A stretch of DNA of 64,000 nucleotides from Clostridia bacterium (GCA_017512025.1 JAFWHH010000017.1:338-64337), one strand, 5' to 3'; positions 1 to 10,597 are shown, numbered from the stretch's first letter. The notes: a model not told the origin generated them from the sequence alone. Translations and numbers: made by a program.

Positions 1-743
1 AATAAATTTTTATATATTGTTCCATCATTTTTTCCAAAGCGATAATCAATAACTGAATCTAGCATAACTGGCGCGGTTTGATATAATACATTCTTGCCAT
101 TTTTTACTAACTCATTTGCAATACATTCAGATAAAAATGTTTTTCCAAGACCAGTATTACCAGTGAATAATAAATTATTCTGTACAGGGTCATCAAAGTT
201 CTTAATAAAATCTTGTGCTATTTTTTTTATTTTATTAATATTATCTCTTGGTGAAATATCGGCACCATACTTTTCTTTATCCACATCTTTTGAATAAAGT
301 GTGGATGAAAAATTTTCAAAAGTGCTATTTTCATTGTTAAGCATATTGGTTTTATTATATTCCATATCAAATAATTGTTGTTTTAAACAATTACACATTT
401 TTGTATTGTAGTTTTCTGTTATATATCCTGTATCGTTGCATAATTTGCAATCATACACTGGATTTAAATAATTTTCATCTTTAGTTAATGATATTAGTAA
501 GTCGCGCTTTTCTTTCTTTAATTTTTCAATCTCGTTCCTTAAATTATTTAAATGTTCAAAATCATTTGAATTAATTAAGTCTCTTGATGCGTTTATAGAG
601 AGCGAACTAAGAGCAGAATCAATTTCTTCAAATCGAGGATTCTGCTTATATAATTCAATTTTTCTCTGTTCTGCTTCTTCAATTTTTTGATTTCTTTTAT
701 TTTCATATATAATTAATAATGATTTTAAAATAGTTGTATTCAT
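1..743 (-). CDS. DnaC/DnaI (IstB-like) AAA+ helicase-loader ATPase, runs off the window start
   Basis: Own translation from ATG at 743: MNTTILKSLL..., Zn motif CKLCNDTGY...CNC, Walker A GNTGLGKT; directly downstream of a DnaD-domain gene. Confidence 0.85.
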   Translation of the reverse strand, partial: MNTTILKSLLIIYENKRNQKIEEAEQRKIELYKQNPRFEEIDSALSSLSINASRDLINSNDFEHLNNLRNEIEKLKKEKRDLLISLTKDENYLNPVYDCKLCNDTGYITENYNTKMCNCLKQQLFDMEYNKTNMLNNENSTFENFSSTLYSKDVDKEKYGADISPRDNINKIKKIAQDFIKNFDDPVQNNLLFTGNTGLGKTFLSECIANELVKNGKNVLYQTAPVMLDSVIDYRFGKNDGTIYKNL

Positions 744-780
744 AAAAACCTCTTTTCATATTCAAAGATTTCAAGTACTT

Positions 781-1740
781 TTAATTTGTGTAAAAACTGT
801 TCAAATCATTATAATTCCTTTGATCATAATTAGAATATCCAGTATTTTTTTCTAGTGTTTTTATATTTTTTGTTTTTTCTTTCATTTGTGTTAAAAATGA
901 TTGAACATCATTTGAGGTTTTTAAACTTCTATCATGCCAATCAGTAAGTAGTTTATCTAGATATTCAAAGTTAGGATTTGCTTTAGATGTTGTTTTCTTC
1001 AATGCTATTTCAATAACATCTAAGTTATATCCAAAATCCATATTCCATTTTTCAATGTAGCCTTCCTCATATTGAGTAAGATTTCTTGTAATTCCTAATT
1101 TCTTAGAAATGTTCTTTTGTAATGTATTTAATTTCTCTTGTTTTTCATAATATTTATCTAAATCGTTAAATGTTCTTATATTATTTTGAAACCATGCTTC
1201 TGCGACAGTTTGAATATAATTTCTATGCAATGCTGATCTATTAAAACAATAACGGAATAATGCATTCATAACTTCTTCATCAAAAGAATATTTTTTGAAC
1301 CACAAATCGATGTCACTATACCATGAAGGTGACATCATTCCTTGGAAAAATTCGTTATTAATATTCTCTATTGCTTTTGCTCTATATTTATTTTGTGCTA
1401 TTTTTTCTATCTCTTCTGGAGAAGATGTAACTTTTGGATTATATAATTTATGAAGCTCAATTTCTTGTAGATTATTGACTATATATCCTGTATTTTTCTT
1501 TGTTATTACTTGCTCATCTTCTAATAATTTAATACTATCTTGAATTGTTTTTAAAGGGATATTTAACTTCTTTGATAAATCATTTAGTTTTATCTCTTTA
1601 TTATACTTAGCTAAGAATGACATATACATATATATCTTTACGCAATCGCCACTTAGCTGAGATAGGTATTCTGTGAAAAATACATCTGGCAAACTTGTTG
1701 TCGAAAATAATAAAGATAAATCATTTTGCTCTAATTTCAC
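781..1740 (-). CDS. DnaD/DnaB-domain replication protein
   Basis: Two DnaD-like repeats (NYIQTVAEAW; EYLDKLLTDW) and C-terminal NYDQRNY; likely GTG start at 1740 after a GGGGGTG RBS. Confidence 0.85.
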   Translation of the reverse strand: MKLEQNDLSLLFSTTSLPDVFFTEYLSQLSGDCVKIYMYMSFLAKYNKEIKLNDLSKKLNIPLKTIQDSIKLLEDEQVITKKNTGYIVNNLQEIELHKLYNPKVTSSPEEIEKIAQNKYRAKAIENINNEFFQGMMSPSWYSDIDLWFKKYSFDEEVMNALFRYCFNRSALHRNYIQTVAEAWFQNNIRTFNDLDKYYEKQEKLNTLQKNISKKLGITRNLTQYEEGYIEKWNMDFGYNLDVIEIALKKTTSKANPNFEYLDKLLTDWHDRSLKTSNDVQSFLTQMKEKTKNIKTLEKNTGYSNYDQRNYNDLNSFYTN

Positions 1741-1835
1741 AAAAACACCCCCTAACAATTTGTCAAATTATATCATTAATAATTTTTTTTTACAATAAAA
1801 TGTTGAACATAATATAGAATATTTTTCTAGGGAAA

Positions 1836-1865
1836 TAAAAAAGACATGATTTTGAATCATGTCTT
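1836..1865 (-). terminator. Intrinsic terminator after vanW-like gene
   Basis: AAGACATGATT/AATCATGTCTT stem with an A-run that reads as a U-tract on the minus strand. Confidence 0.7.
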
Positions 1866-1870
1866 AATTC

Positions 1871-3835
1871 TTATTCTTGAGGTTCGTTTGTTATTTCTAC
1901 TGATGGTTCGCTTGTTGAATCATTGTTGTCAGGTTCTTGTACAGGGTCTGGAGTAGGATCAGGTTGAACCTCTACAGGTTTTGTTCCCTTTGCAACAACT
2001 TGATTATGTGGATTATATGTATCACTGTTAATCAATGTTCTTGAAACTTCTTGACCATCTTTATATAGTATTTTATATGTTACAGATCTACATCCATTTG
2101 ATCCAGATTGTGTAACTTTAGTTGTTCCAACTGGTAATGAATCATCATTAACGTATTGAGTTGAGAATGGAATTGTTCCCGTTTTTGATGATTGTATTTT
2201 TACTTCATAATCATTATCAGATTTAACACCATAAATTGTAAATGTAACTCTTCCGCCACCTGCAGATGCTACAAGTTTAATTGGATATTCTCTATTATTC
2301 TTAAATTGGAAATCTGGTGATCTCCATGATACTGTTGCATCTTGACCAGCTGGTACATATGCTGGCTCAAAAGAGTGATTTGTACGAGCTACAATTTCAA
2401 GATTACATAGTAAAGCTGCGTTATATAATGTTGATGAAACTTGGCAGATACCACCACCAACCTCAGTTGATACTTGACCATTTACGTAAGCACCAGCTTC
2501 TCTATATCCTTTAGCTGTTGTACGTTGTCCAAGTGTTTCATTATATGAAAATGTTTCTCCTGGCATTAGTACAGTTCCGTTAACTGTATTTGCTGCAATA
2601 GAAATATTTGTTGATCTATTATAATTAGATGAAGCATATGTTGTTGAGTATGTTGCTAGTTGATCAGGGAATGCTTCTTGAGGTAAATCTTTTACTGTGA
2701 TTTTTGGTTTTAATACTTTTAAAGGAATTGTATATGTATCTTGTCTATCTGCAACCATAGCTCTTGCCTCATCAAGTGTTATAGCAAAGTCCAAACCATT
2801 TTCTTCTTTATGAAGCTCATATGGATCTGCATTAAATGTTGCATCTTTTGGCTCTTTGTATACTTCCTGATATATAGCATCAATATCAACATCGTCTGTA
2901 TGGAATTGCTCAACAGGAATTTCAATTGTTAAATTGTTTGTTGCTAATCCAGATTTAATTGATTTTTTTATTTCGTCACGTACAATTCTATAACCATCAA
3001 ACCCACTAGTTATTATTAAGTTATTATCTTCAATTTTGTAATTCGAATTAATAACTCTTCCGGGCATTTCTCTGTCAATTTGATCTAATTTTTCATCAAG
3101 TAATTGATCATTATATTGGATTGAAGGAGTAATATCTTTTTTCTTAATAAGTGATTTTATAACATCAAAGTTATTAACAAATATATTGCTTCCAGATCTA
3201 CCAATGTTATATGCTGCATCAACAGATTCCTCTAAATTGTATGCGGCTTCAATATCACTTGCAGCAATTGTTGTAGAAAACTCTCCTTTAGTTAAGATGA
3301 TGTCTTTATTAAACTCGTCTTTCAATTGTTCTGACAATTTTGATAAAGCTTCTTGTTTTGTTAGATTAGAAACATCAATTCCATTAACTGATATTCCGTT
3401 TACTACTTTATTACTAAATGAAGCTCCAATGCCAAAAGCCGTAGATAAAATTGAAAGTAATAAAGCTAGTACTATAAGTGCAACTATTAATTTCTTTTTA
3501 CCGTTTTTATTCTTTATAGTTTTTAGCTGCATTGTATCATTAACAGAAGTTTGTGGATTCTTTGTTTTCTTCTCTGAGTCCTTGTTTTTAAAGAATTCCT
3601 CAACTTTCTTTTTGTCAAAAGGAACAGCTTTTTTTGCTTCTTTCTTTTCTTCGACTTTTTTGTTGTCATTTTCTTGAGTAGATTCAGTTTTTGTTGGTTC
3701 ATTAGAAATTTGCTTATTTTCTTTTTCTTGTGCTTGCTCTGTTGATTCATTTTTTTCTTCAACAACTTTGTTTTCTGTTTGTGCCTCATTTTCCGTAGGC
3801 AAATTTTTCTCCAATTTTTCCATATCCATCTCCAT
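1871..3835 (-). CDS. VanW-family membrane-anchored protein (PG-binding repeats, VanW, G5 domain)
   Basis: Single TM, GGGICQVSSTLYNA VanW signature, G5-like C-terminus (IPFSTQYVNDDSLPVG...VVAKGT). Confidence 0.9.
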   Translation of the reverse strand: MEMDMEKLEKNLPTENEAQTENKVVEEKNESTEQAQEKENKQISNEPTKTESTQENDNKKVEEKKEAKKAVPFDKKKVEEFFKNKDSEKKTKNPQTSVNDTMQLKTIKNKNGKKKLIVALIVLALLLSILSTAFGIGASFSNKVVNGISVNGIDVSNLTKQEALSKLSEQLKDEFNKDIILTKGEFSTTIAASDIEAAYNLEESVDAAYNIGRSGSNIFVNNFDVIKSLIKKKDITPSIQYNDQLLDEKLDQIDREMPGRVINSNYKIEDNNLIITSGFDGYRIVRDEIKKSIKSGLATNNLTIEIPVEQFHTDDVDIDAIYQEVYKEPKDATFNADPYELHKEENGLDFAITLDEARAMVADRQDTYTIPLKVLKPKITVKDLPQEAFPDQLATYSTTYASSNYNRSTNISIAANTVNGTVLMPGETFSYNETLGQRTTAKGYREAGAYVNGQVSTEVGGGICQVSSTLYNAALLCNLEIVARTNHSFEPAYVPAGQDATVSWRSPDFQFKNNREYPIKLVASAGGGRVTFTIYGVKSDNDYEVKIQSSKTGTIPFSTQYVNDDSLPVGTTKVTQSGSNGCRSVTYKILYKDGQEVSRTLINSDTYNPHNQVVAKGTKPVEVQPDPTPDPVQEPDNNDSTSEPSVEITNEPQE

Positions 3836-3984
3836 TTATTTTCTTAATATACTTATTATACTACAAATTTCAATTAAGTAAAGAATAATTAATAAAGAAA
3901 ATTTAATAATATACTTATATTGAAAAGTATGTTTTTAATGATATAATTAGAACGTAAAAAAAGTTTACGGAAGGAGAAAAAAGT

Positions 3985-5388
3985 ATGTCAGAAGCTACGG
4001 AATTACAAAAAAGCTTATTCAATGATAAAAAATGCGGATGGGCTGATTTGAGTGAAGAAAAGAAAAATGAGATATACAATTACTGTAACTCATATATGAA
4101 TTTCCTAAATAACGGAAAGACAGAAAGAGAAATAATTAAGGAGTCAAAATTTATTGCGGATTCAAATGGATTCAAAAACATTGATGAGGTTGAATCATTA
4201 AATCCAGGTGATAAGGTATATTACATTAACAAAAACAAAGCAATGTATTTAGCTGTCATCGGATCAGACAGTATTGAAAATGGTATTAATGTTGTTGGTG
4301 CACATGCTGATTCACCAAGACTTGATTTAAAACCAAACCCACTATATGAAGATGATGGATTTGCCTTCTTCAAGACACAATATTATGGTGGAATAAAAAA
4401 ATATCAATGGACAACAATTCCTCTTGCTTTACATGGTGTTATAGTTAAAAAGAGCGGAGAGGTTGTTGAAGTTAATATTGGTGAAAATGAAAATGATCCA
4501 ATATTCGTAATAACAGATTTATTACCACATTTAGCACAAGAGCAAATGCAAAGAAAATTAGGAGAAGGAATAAAAGGAGAAGAGCTCAATCTTTTAGTTG
4601 GAAGTATTCCATACAATGATAAGGACATAAGCGAAAAAGTTAAGCTAAATATCTTAAGTTTATTAAACAAGAAATATGGAATTGTTGAAGCAGACTTTTT
4701 AAGTGCTGAACTTGAAATTGTTCCAGCATTTAAAGCTAGAAGTTTAGGATTTGATGAAAGCATGGTTGCTGCATATGGTCAAGATGATAAGATTTGTGTT
4801 TATACTTCATTATCAGCTCTTATGAATGTTAATAACCCAAAGACAACAGCTGTATGTTTAATTGCAGATAAAGAAGAAATTGGAAGTATGGGAAATACGG
4901 GTATGCAATCAAATGTATTTGATACATTTATGTCAGAAATATTAAATAAACTTGGTGTTAACAGACCAAACCTATTAGACAAAGTGTTCTGTAATTCTAA
5001 AATGTTATCAGCCGATGTTGATGCAGGACTTGATCCAACATTTGCATCTGTTGCTGAAAAGAACAATGCTTCATATTTGGGAAGAGGAATTGGACTTAAT
5101 AAATATACAGGTGGAAGAGGAAAAGGTGGTTCTTCTGATGCTAATGCAGAATTTGTTGCATATATTAGAAATATGTTAGAGAGTAATAATTTAGCATATC
5201 AAATAGCTGAACTAGGAAAAGTAGATTTAGGCGGTGGAGGAACAATCGCATATATTCTTGCTAACAAAGGTATGGATGTTATCGATTGTGGAGTTCCAGT
5301 ATTATCAATGCATGCACCATATGAAGTAACAAGTAAATTTGATGTTTACACTGCATTTGAAACATATAAAGCATTCTTTAACTTATAG
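3985..5388 (+). CDS. M18-family aminopeptidase
   Basis: GAHADSPRL, YYGGIKKYQW, GQDD, DKEEIGS and SMHAPYE motifs. Confidence 0.92.
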   Translation: MSEATELQKSLFNDKKCGWADLSEEKKNEIYNYCNSYMNFLNNGKTEREIIKESKFIADSNGFKNIDEVESLNPGDKVYYINKNKAMYLAVIGSDSIENGINVVGAHADSPRLDLKPNPLYEDDGFAFFKTQYYGGIKKYQWTTIPLALHGVIVKKSGEVVEVNIGENENDPIFVITDLLPHLAQEQMQRKLGEGIKGEELNLLVGSIPYNDKDISEKVKLNILSLLNKKYGIVEADFLSAELEIVPAFKARSLGFDESMVAAYGQDDKICVYTSLSALMNVNNPKTTAVCLIADKEEIGSMGNTGMQSNVFDTFMSEILNKLGVNRPNLLDKVFCNSKMLSADVDAGLDPTFASVAEKNNASYLGRGIGLNKYTGGRGKGGSSDANAEFVAYIRNMLESNNLAYQIAELGKVDLGGGGTIAYILANKGMDVIDCGVPVLSMHAPYEVTSKFDVYTAFETYKAFFNL

Positions 5389-5465
5389 TATTTTTCTAAT
5401 AACTATTGAAATTTTTGAATAACTTTCATACAATATCTGTTATATATTAAACATGAGGAGAAAAA

Positions 5466-6569
5466 ATGAATATAGTAGAAGATAGAAGAAAAACGAAAGA
5501 AGAACATAACAACGAAGGGAAAAGAAAAATGGGGATAAAAAAACAAAAAAGTAAATTTAAAAAATTCTTAACTATAGTTGTAGACTTAATAATTATTGGA
5601 GGAGCAATAGGATTTTTCCTACTATATGGACCATTTGATAAATTTAGAACATGGTATATTACAACTGCAATGACAACTATGGACCACCAATATTTAGCAA
5701 CATGGTTTTATAATGAAGAAACAATCCAATATGTTTTAGACCATAATAAAGTAATTGAAGTGCAGGGAGAAACAGACACATCATTAATTAATACGGGGAG
5801 TGTAGATCAACCAACCACTTATGAAAATGAATATGAAAGAGCTGTACTTGAGAGAGATAAGAATCATCCTGATTATAAAATAATAGAAATCAAAGAGAAA
5901 AACTTTGAGGGATATCTTGCTATGGTATATGATCCATCAAAAATTCATACATTAGTTACGGCTAGACTAAACGTTTCTGGACAATATGTAACAACAATGG
6001 CAGAAAATAGTAAAGCTGTTTTAGCTATTAATGGTGGTGGATTTGATGATGAAAATCACAATAGCTCTGGCGGAAGTCCACTTGGATTAACAATTCAAAA
6101 TGGAAAAGTTATAACAAGTAAATATTATGGTGGTGCTGGCGGTGTTATTGGTTTCGATGAAGACAATAAACTTGTTCTTGGAAGATGGACAGCCGCACAA
6201 GCCAAAGAAAGAAATGTAAGAGATGCCGTTACATGTGGACCATTCTTAATAATAAATGGTGAAGCATCAACAGTTGTTGGAAATGGTGGTTGGGGTGATG
6301 CTCCAAGAACTGCTATAGGACAACGTAGAGATGGTATTGTATTATGGTTAGTTGTTGACGGAAGAAGAGTTGGAATGCCGGGTGCTGATATGGATGACTT
6401 AATTAGAATTATGCAAAGATATGGTGCATATAATGCCTCAGCTCTTGATGGGGGAACATCAAGCGTTATGGTTGAAAACTATAAAGTTATTAATGATCCA
6501 ATTGATAGTACAGGTGCACATAAAACAAGACCAATTGCAACAGGATTTGGATTAATATTAGATGAATAA
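5466..6569 (+). CDS. Phosphodiester glycosidase (NAGPA/EpsL-like) membrane protein
   Basis: N-terminal TM; AINGGGF, PRTAIGQ, LVVDGR and ALDGGTSS motifs. Confidence 0.85.
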   Translation: MNIVEDRRKTKEEHNNEGKRKMGIKKQKSKFKKFLTIVVDLIIIGGAIGFFLLYGPFDKFRTWYITTAMTTMDHQYLATWFYNEETIQYVLDHNKVIEVQGETDTSLINTGSVDQPTTYENEYERAVLERDKNHPDYKIIEIKEKNFEGYLAMVYDPSKIHTLVTARLNVSGQYVTTMAENSKAVLAINGGGFDDENHNSSGGSPLGLTIQNGKVITSKYYGGAGGVIGFDEDNKLVLGRWTAAQAKERNVRDAVTCGPFLIINGEASTVVGNGGWGDAPRTAIGQRRDGIVLWLVVDGRRVGMPGADMDDLIRIMQRYGAYNASALDGGTSSVMVENYKVINDPIDSTGAHKTRPIATGFGLILDE

Positions 6570-6577
6570 TAAAATAG

Positions 6578-6604
6578 AACTCTGGTTTAAAAACCAGAGT
6601 TTTT
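6578..6604 (+). terminator. Intrinsic terminator
   Basis: AACTCTGGTTT/AAACCAGAGTT stem followed by T-run. Confidence 0.7.
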
Positions 6605-6700
6605 CTTTGTTTTCATAAAATAAAAAAATTTAAAAAAGTACTTGAATTTACTAAAATAATGTGTTATATTATGTAAGTACTTTTTGAGAAGTGTACTAAT

Positions 6701-6776
6701 CGAGGTGTAGCGCAGTTGGTAGCGCGCGTGGTTTGGGACCATGAGGTCGCAGGTTCGATCCCTGTCACCTCGACCA
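6701..6776 (+). tRNA. tRNA-Pro(TGG)
   Basis: Cloverleaf CGAGGTG...CACCTCG-A-CCA, anticodon loop TT-TGG-GA, GTTCGATC T-loop; hairpin plus T-run at 6778-6813. Confidence 0.97.
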
Positions 6777-6888
6777 GAAGACTATTTTCTATTCAGAAGA
6801 TAGTCTTTTTTTTGGCATAAATAAACTCCCTCAAGAGAGGGAGAAAGAATACATTCTTTTTTGATGATAATCTCAGACAGAATGATTA

Positions 6889-7578
6889 TCACTTGCTCGG
6901 ATCAATTTTCAGTGTCTTCAGCAGTTCAGGACCAGGCTTACACTTGTACTTATTCTGATGGACCATAATTCTCCAGGTCAGGTCAATCCACGAAGGATCA
7001 CCATGCCAATCCGGAAGGCCATCGAGATTGTACTTGAGCAGTCTTGCTCCATAGGGGATGCACTTCCAGTCTTCCATTCCCGGGTACCAGTTTGCGTCCT
7101 CGACATTCTGCAGCTCTCTGATGGTTGCATAGCCATAGCACATGTCGTCAAGCGGGTCATGGCGCAGTTGAATTTCCCAGAACCAGCCTCCGTACTTTCC
7201 TGCAAACTCGTTGCAGAATCTGTGGAACTCGCTCTTGTTGTAGTCATATTCCTTGATGTCCCACTTGTAGTTCGGCAAAAGCTTGGTCCATTCGTTACGC
7301 GTTTCCTTGTAACATCCAACATAGGCGTCGACCGCATCTTTTGCCTGCTTGATAAACTTGTTGTGAGTTTCATCGAGCATTGCAAGTGCAGTCTCGCGCT
7401 TCTTGGTGTTCAGAACACCCTGCAGCGCATAAGCTTCCTCGAGAGCTGCTTCATACTGGTAGCCCTCATCTCTAACCTGACGAATGAGTTCATCAAAGTC
7501 CGTCAGGTTAACTTCGGTGACGTGAATAAACGCCATATATTTGGCGAATGCTCCGTCAATCTTCTGAATAGTGCTCAT
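6889..7578 (-). CDS. Hypothetical protein, GC-rich relative to the backbone
   Basis: 229-aa ORF with strong AAGGAGGT RBS, TGGTATAAT extended -10 at 7668-7676 and GC-ending codons; no family recognised. Confidence 0.7.
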   Translation of the reverse strand: MSTIQKIDGAFAKYMAFIHVTEVNLTDFDELIRQVRDEGYQYEAALEEAYALQGVLNTKKRETALAMLDETHNKFIKQAKDAVDAYVGCYKETRNEWTKLLPNYKWDIKEYDYNKSEFHRFCNEFAGKYGGWFWEIQLRHDPLDDMCYGYATIRELQNVEDANWYPGMEDWKCIPYGARLLKYNLDGLPDWHGDPSWIDLTWRIMVHQNKYKCKPGPELLKTLKIDPSK

Positions 7579-7926
7579 AAGATACCTCCTTCATTGGTAC
7601 GAGCAGATACGGACATCCCGGATTTTACCGAGATGTACAGGCAGACGGTTTTCTGCCTTGTACTATAATTATACCATATTATGTAAAATAATAAAAGTAT
7701 TATGGTGATTAAATAAATCAACATAATATGATATAATAGCTGCATAGGCGTGAAAAGTCCCGCCATACATCCTTTTTAGGTTACTCAATTGGATGTATAT
7801 GTTGAAAACTAAATATTTGTAGGAGAAATCATTTTTTATGAAAAAAATATTGCATTTAATACTTAATATATGTAAAATTAAGATAGCTGATTTATAAACA
7901 AGAGATAAAAGAGGGAGGAATAACAA

Positions 7927-8199
7927 ATGTTTAGAGACTTAGTTGGAAAGAACGTTACTGCCTATTTAATGAGTAATCCGGAAGATACTTATGTTATAAA
8001 AGGAAAGGTAACGAGAGCAAGTGAAACTTCAACTACAATAGAGGTCGAAGAAAGAAAAAAATTTGGTGAAATGAAAAAATTCCAAAGAACAATCAATAAT
8101 AGATATATTACATTTATTGATCTTATTGAAGAAAAAGTAGAAGCCAAAAATGAAGTTAAAGTTGAAGAAAAAGTAGAAGAAAACAAAGAACAAGCATAA
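7927..8199 (+). CDS. Small protein, possible Sm/LSm-like fold with acidic tail
   Basis: GGGAGG RBS; LVGKNVTAYL...IKGKV...I..I.L pattern resembles Sm1/Sm2; followed by a terminator. Confidence 0.5.
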   Translation: MFRDLVGKNVTAYLMSNPEDTYVIKGKVTRASETSTTIEVEERKKFGEMKKFQRTINNRYITFIDLIEEKVEAKNEVKVEEKVEENKEQA

Positions 8200-8210
8200 T
8201 AAAAAAGATT

Positions 8211-8254
8211 AAAAGAGGCGGAAACCCATATAGAATGGGTATCCGCCTCTTTTT
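8211..8254 (+). terminator. Intrinsic terminator
   Basis: AAAAGAGGCGGA...TCCGCCTCTTTTT. Confidence 0.8.
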
Positions 8255-8328
8255 GACTGAGGAGTCAGTAATGGTGAAAAACATAAATCTATGGTATAAC
8301 TAATACTCGTTTAATAGGAGTGTAATTT

Positions 8329-10047
8329 ATGAGTAAAAAGATTTATGAATGTATAGAAATAAAAGATTTAAAAGATATGCTTAATAAAACAAGAGCTATT
8401 TATGACAATGATATTGCATACAAAATAAGAGATGGTAAGGATTCATATAAAACATATTCACATGAAGAAACAAGACAAATGGTTGATGCTTTAGGAACAG
8501 CATTAATTGATATTGGATTAAAAGACAAGAGAATTGCTGTTATAGGCGATAATAGTATGGAATGGGAACTTGCATATCTGGCTACAGTTTGTGGTACAGG
8601 TACAATTGTTCCGCTAGATAAGTCTCTTCCAGAAAAGGAACTTGAGTCATTAATTGAAAGGTCCGAAGTAGAGGCTATCTTTTACAAAGACAAAAATGAA
8701 GAAGCTGTTAAGAGAATTAAGTTATTGGAGAATAATAAATTAAAGCATCTTATCTCAATGGACAAGAAGCAAAATGAAGAAGGTATTTATTCACAAGCTG
8801 AGCTTATTGAAAAAGGTAAAGCATTGATTGCAGCGGGAGACAGATCTTTTATTGATGCAAAAATTGACAGTGAAAAGATGAGCATAATGTTATTTACATC
8901 TGGAACAACATCTGCATCAAAAGTTGTTGCATTATCACATAAAAATATTTGCTCTAATCTAATGGCGATTGGTAGCATTGTTAAGCTTGATAGAGGAGAC
9001 GTAGTTTTATCGGTGCTTCCAATACATCATGTTTTTGAATGTACGGTAGGATTTTTATTTTCTTTATATAAAGGAGCACAAACAGTTTTCTGTGATGGAT
9101 TAAGACATATAGGAGCAAACTTAAAAGAATATCAAGTTTCATTTATGGCATGTGTTCCGGGTATATATGAAAGAATTCTTGGAATGGTTTCCAAAAGATT
9201 TGCTAAAGAGGGAAGGCTTGAAAAACTTCTTGAGCAAGAGATTGAATATGAAAATTGTTCAATGGAAGAAAAAAGAGAAATATATAAAGACATTCATGAG
9301 ATGTTTGGTGGAAAGCTAAAGACAATGGTATGTGGAGCAGCAGCTCTTGATCCAAAGATTGAAAGAAAGTATAGACAACTTGGATTTCCATTAGTTCAAG
9401 GATATGGTCTTACAGAAACATCACCAGTTGTAGGTGTTGGTACAGAGCTTGAGTATAAAACTGGATCTATCGGTAAGTCAGTTCCAGGAGTTGAGGTTAA
9501 AATTGTTGAAGCAAATGATGAAGGTATTGGAGAGCTATTAGTAAAAGGACCAAGTGTTATGCTTGGATATTACAAGAATGAAGAAGCAACCAAAGATGCT
9601 CTTCAGGACGGATGGTTCCACACAGGTGACCTAGCTCAAATTGATGATGAAGGATATATTTTTATTAGAGGGAGAAAAAAGAGCGTAATTGTTCTTAAAA
9701 ATGGTAAAAACATATTCCCAGAAGAGATAGAAAATCTAGTAAATAAAGTTGAGGGTGTAAAAGAATCGTTTATATTTGGAAAACAATTATCAGATGATCA
9801 AAACGATATAAAGATTAACTGCAAAATAGTATTTGATAGACCTGTTGTTGAGGAAGTATATAAAGTATTTGATGATGCAGATATTAATAAAGTTTTATCT
9901 GAAAAGATAAAAGAGGTTAACAAAGCAATGCCTCCATACAAGGCAATAAGAGGACTGTTGTTCTCAGAAGATCCACTTATTAAAACAAGTACAAATAAAA
10001 TAAAAAGACAGGAGAATTTAGATGCAATTAAAAAATTTGAATTGTAA
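8329..10047 (+). CDS. Long-chain fatty acyl-CoA/AMP-forming synthetase (FadD-like)
   Basis: FTSGTTS P-loop, GYGLTETSP, WFHTGDL, GRKKSVIV..NGKNIFPEEIE. Confidence 0.9.
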   Translation: MSKKIYECIEIKDLKDMLNKTRAIYDNDIAYKIRDGKDSYKTYSHEETRQMVDALGTALIDIGLKDKRIAVIGDNSMEWELAYLATVCGTGTIVPLDKSLPEKELESLIERSEVEAIFYKDKNEEAVKRIKLLENNKLKHLISMDKKQNEEGIYSQAELIEKGKALIAAGDRSFIDAKIDSEKMSIMLFTSGTTSASKVVALSHKNICSNLMAIGSIVKLDRGDVVLSVLPIHHVFECTVGFLFSLYKGAQTVFCDGLRHIGANLKEYQVSFMACVPGIYERILGMVSKRFAKEGRLEKLLEQEIEYENCSMEEKREIYKDIHEMFGGKLKTMVCGAAALDPKIERKYRQLGFPLVQGYGLTETSPVVGVGTELEYKTGSIGKSVPGVEVKIVEANDEGIGELLVKGPSVMLGYYKNEEATKDALQDGWFHTGDLAQIDDEGYIFIRGRKKSVIVLKNGKNIFPEEIENLVNKVEGVKESFIFGKQLSDDQNDIKINCKIVFDRPVVEEVYKVFDDADINKVLSEKIKEVNKAMPPYKAIRGLLFSEDPLIKTSTNKIKRQENLDAIKKFEL

Positions 10048-10597
10048 TTTTCTTGGTAAAACATTTAGTTTCTATGAGCAAATTGATTCAACTCAAGATG
10101 AAGTTTGGAGATTAATTGAAAACAACGATATAAAGAATGGACAGTTGGTTGCAGCTAATATTCAAACAAAAGGAAAAGGAACTCATGGGAGAGTTTGGCA
10201 TACGGATGAATCAAACAATATTGCGTTTTCGTTTTATGTTGAAATAAATAATAGTGTTGATTCTCTGGAAGGACTCACTTATGAGATAGCTGAAACGGTT
10301 GTTAATATTTTTAAAGAAAAATATAAAATAGAATTACAAATTAAAAAGCCAAACGACATTATTTGTAATGGTAAGAAATTAGGCGGTATTTTAACAGAAT
10401 CTAAAGTCACTCAAGAGACAGTAAAATTTCTAGTTATTGGTATTGGTATTAATACAAATAAATTAAGTTTTACAAATGACATTAAAGATATCGCAACATC
10501 AATAAAAAAAGAATTTAATATGGAAATAGACTCAGCTGAGTTTATCTCAGAGTTCTGTAATAGATTCGAAAAAATAATCCAAAAGAGGAGTGAATAA
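10022..10597 (+). CDS. birA: Biotin-protein ligase, catalytic domain only (no N-terminal HTH)
   Basis: IDSTQ, QTKGKGTHGRVW, KKPNDI, KLGGILTE, GIGIN. Confidence 0.88.
   Translation: MQLKNLNCNFLGKTFSFYEQIDSTQDEVWRLIENNDIKNGQLVAANIQTKGKGTHGRVWHTDESNNIAFSFYVEINNSVDSLEGLTYEIAETVVNIFKEKYKIELQIKKPNDIICNGKKLGGILTESKVTQETVKFLVIGIGINTNKLSFTNDIKDIATSIKKEFNMEIDSAEFISEFCNRFEKIIQKRSE

Noticed and set aside
277-285. Perfect DnaA box TTATCCACA (another at 33019-33027 on the opposite strand)
   Set aside because: Isolated copies inside coding regions; no cluster or unwinding element suggesting oriC
6958-7668. 236-aa plus-strand ORF opposite the GC-rich gene
   Set aside because: Antisense shadow of a GC-rich gene; the RBS and promoter support the minus-strand ORF
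7729-7780. Promoter-like TGATATAAT followed by a short GGCG/CGCC hairpin, possible sRNA or riboswitch
   Set aside because: Too short, with no recognisable family motif; cannot be supported without a covariance search
10022-10047. Other gene overlaps (fadD/birA, essC/esaB, 54627-54640, 45752-45771) as further frameshift sites
   Set aside because: Each downstream gene has its own RBS and start, and no in-frame CGG lies in the overlaps
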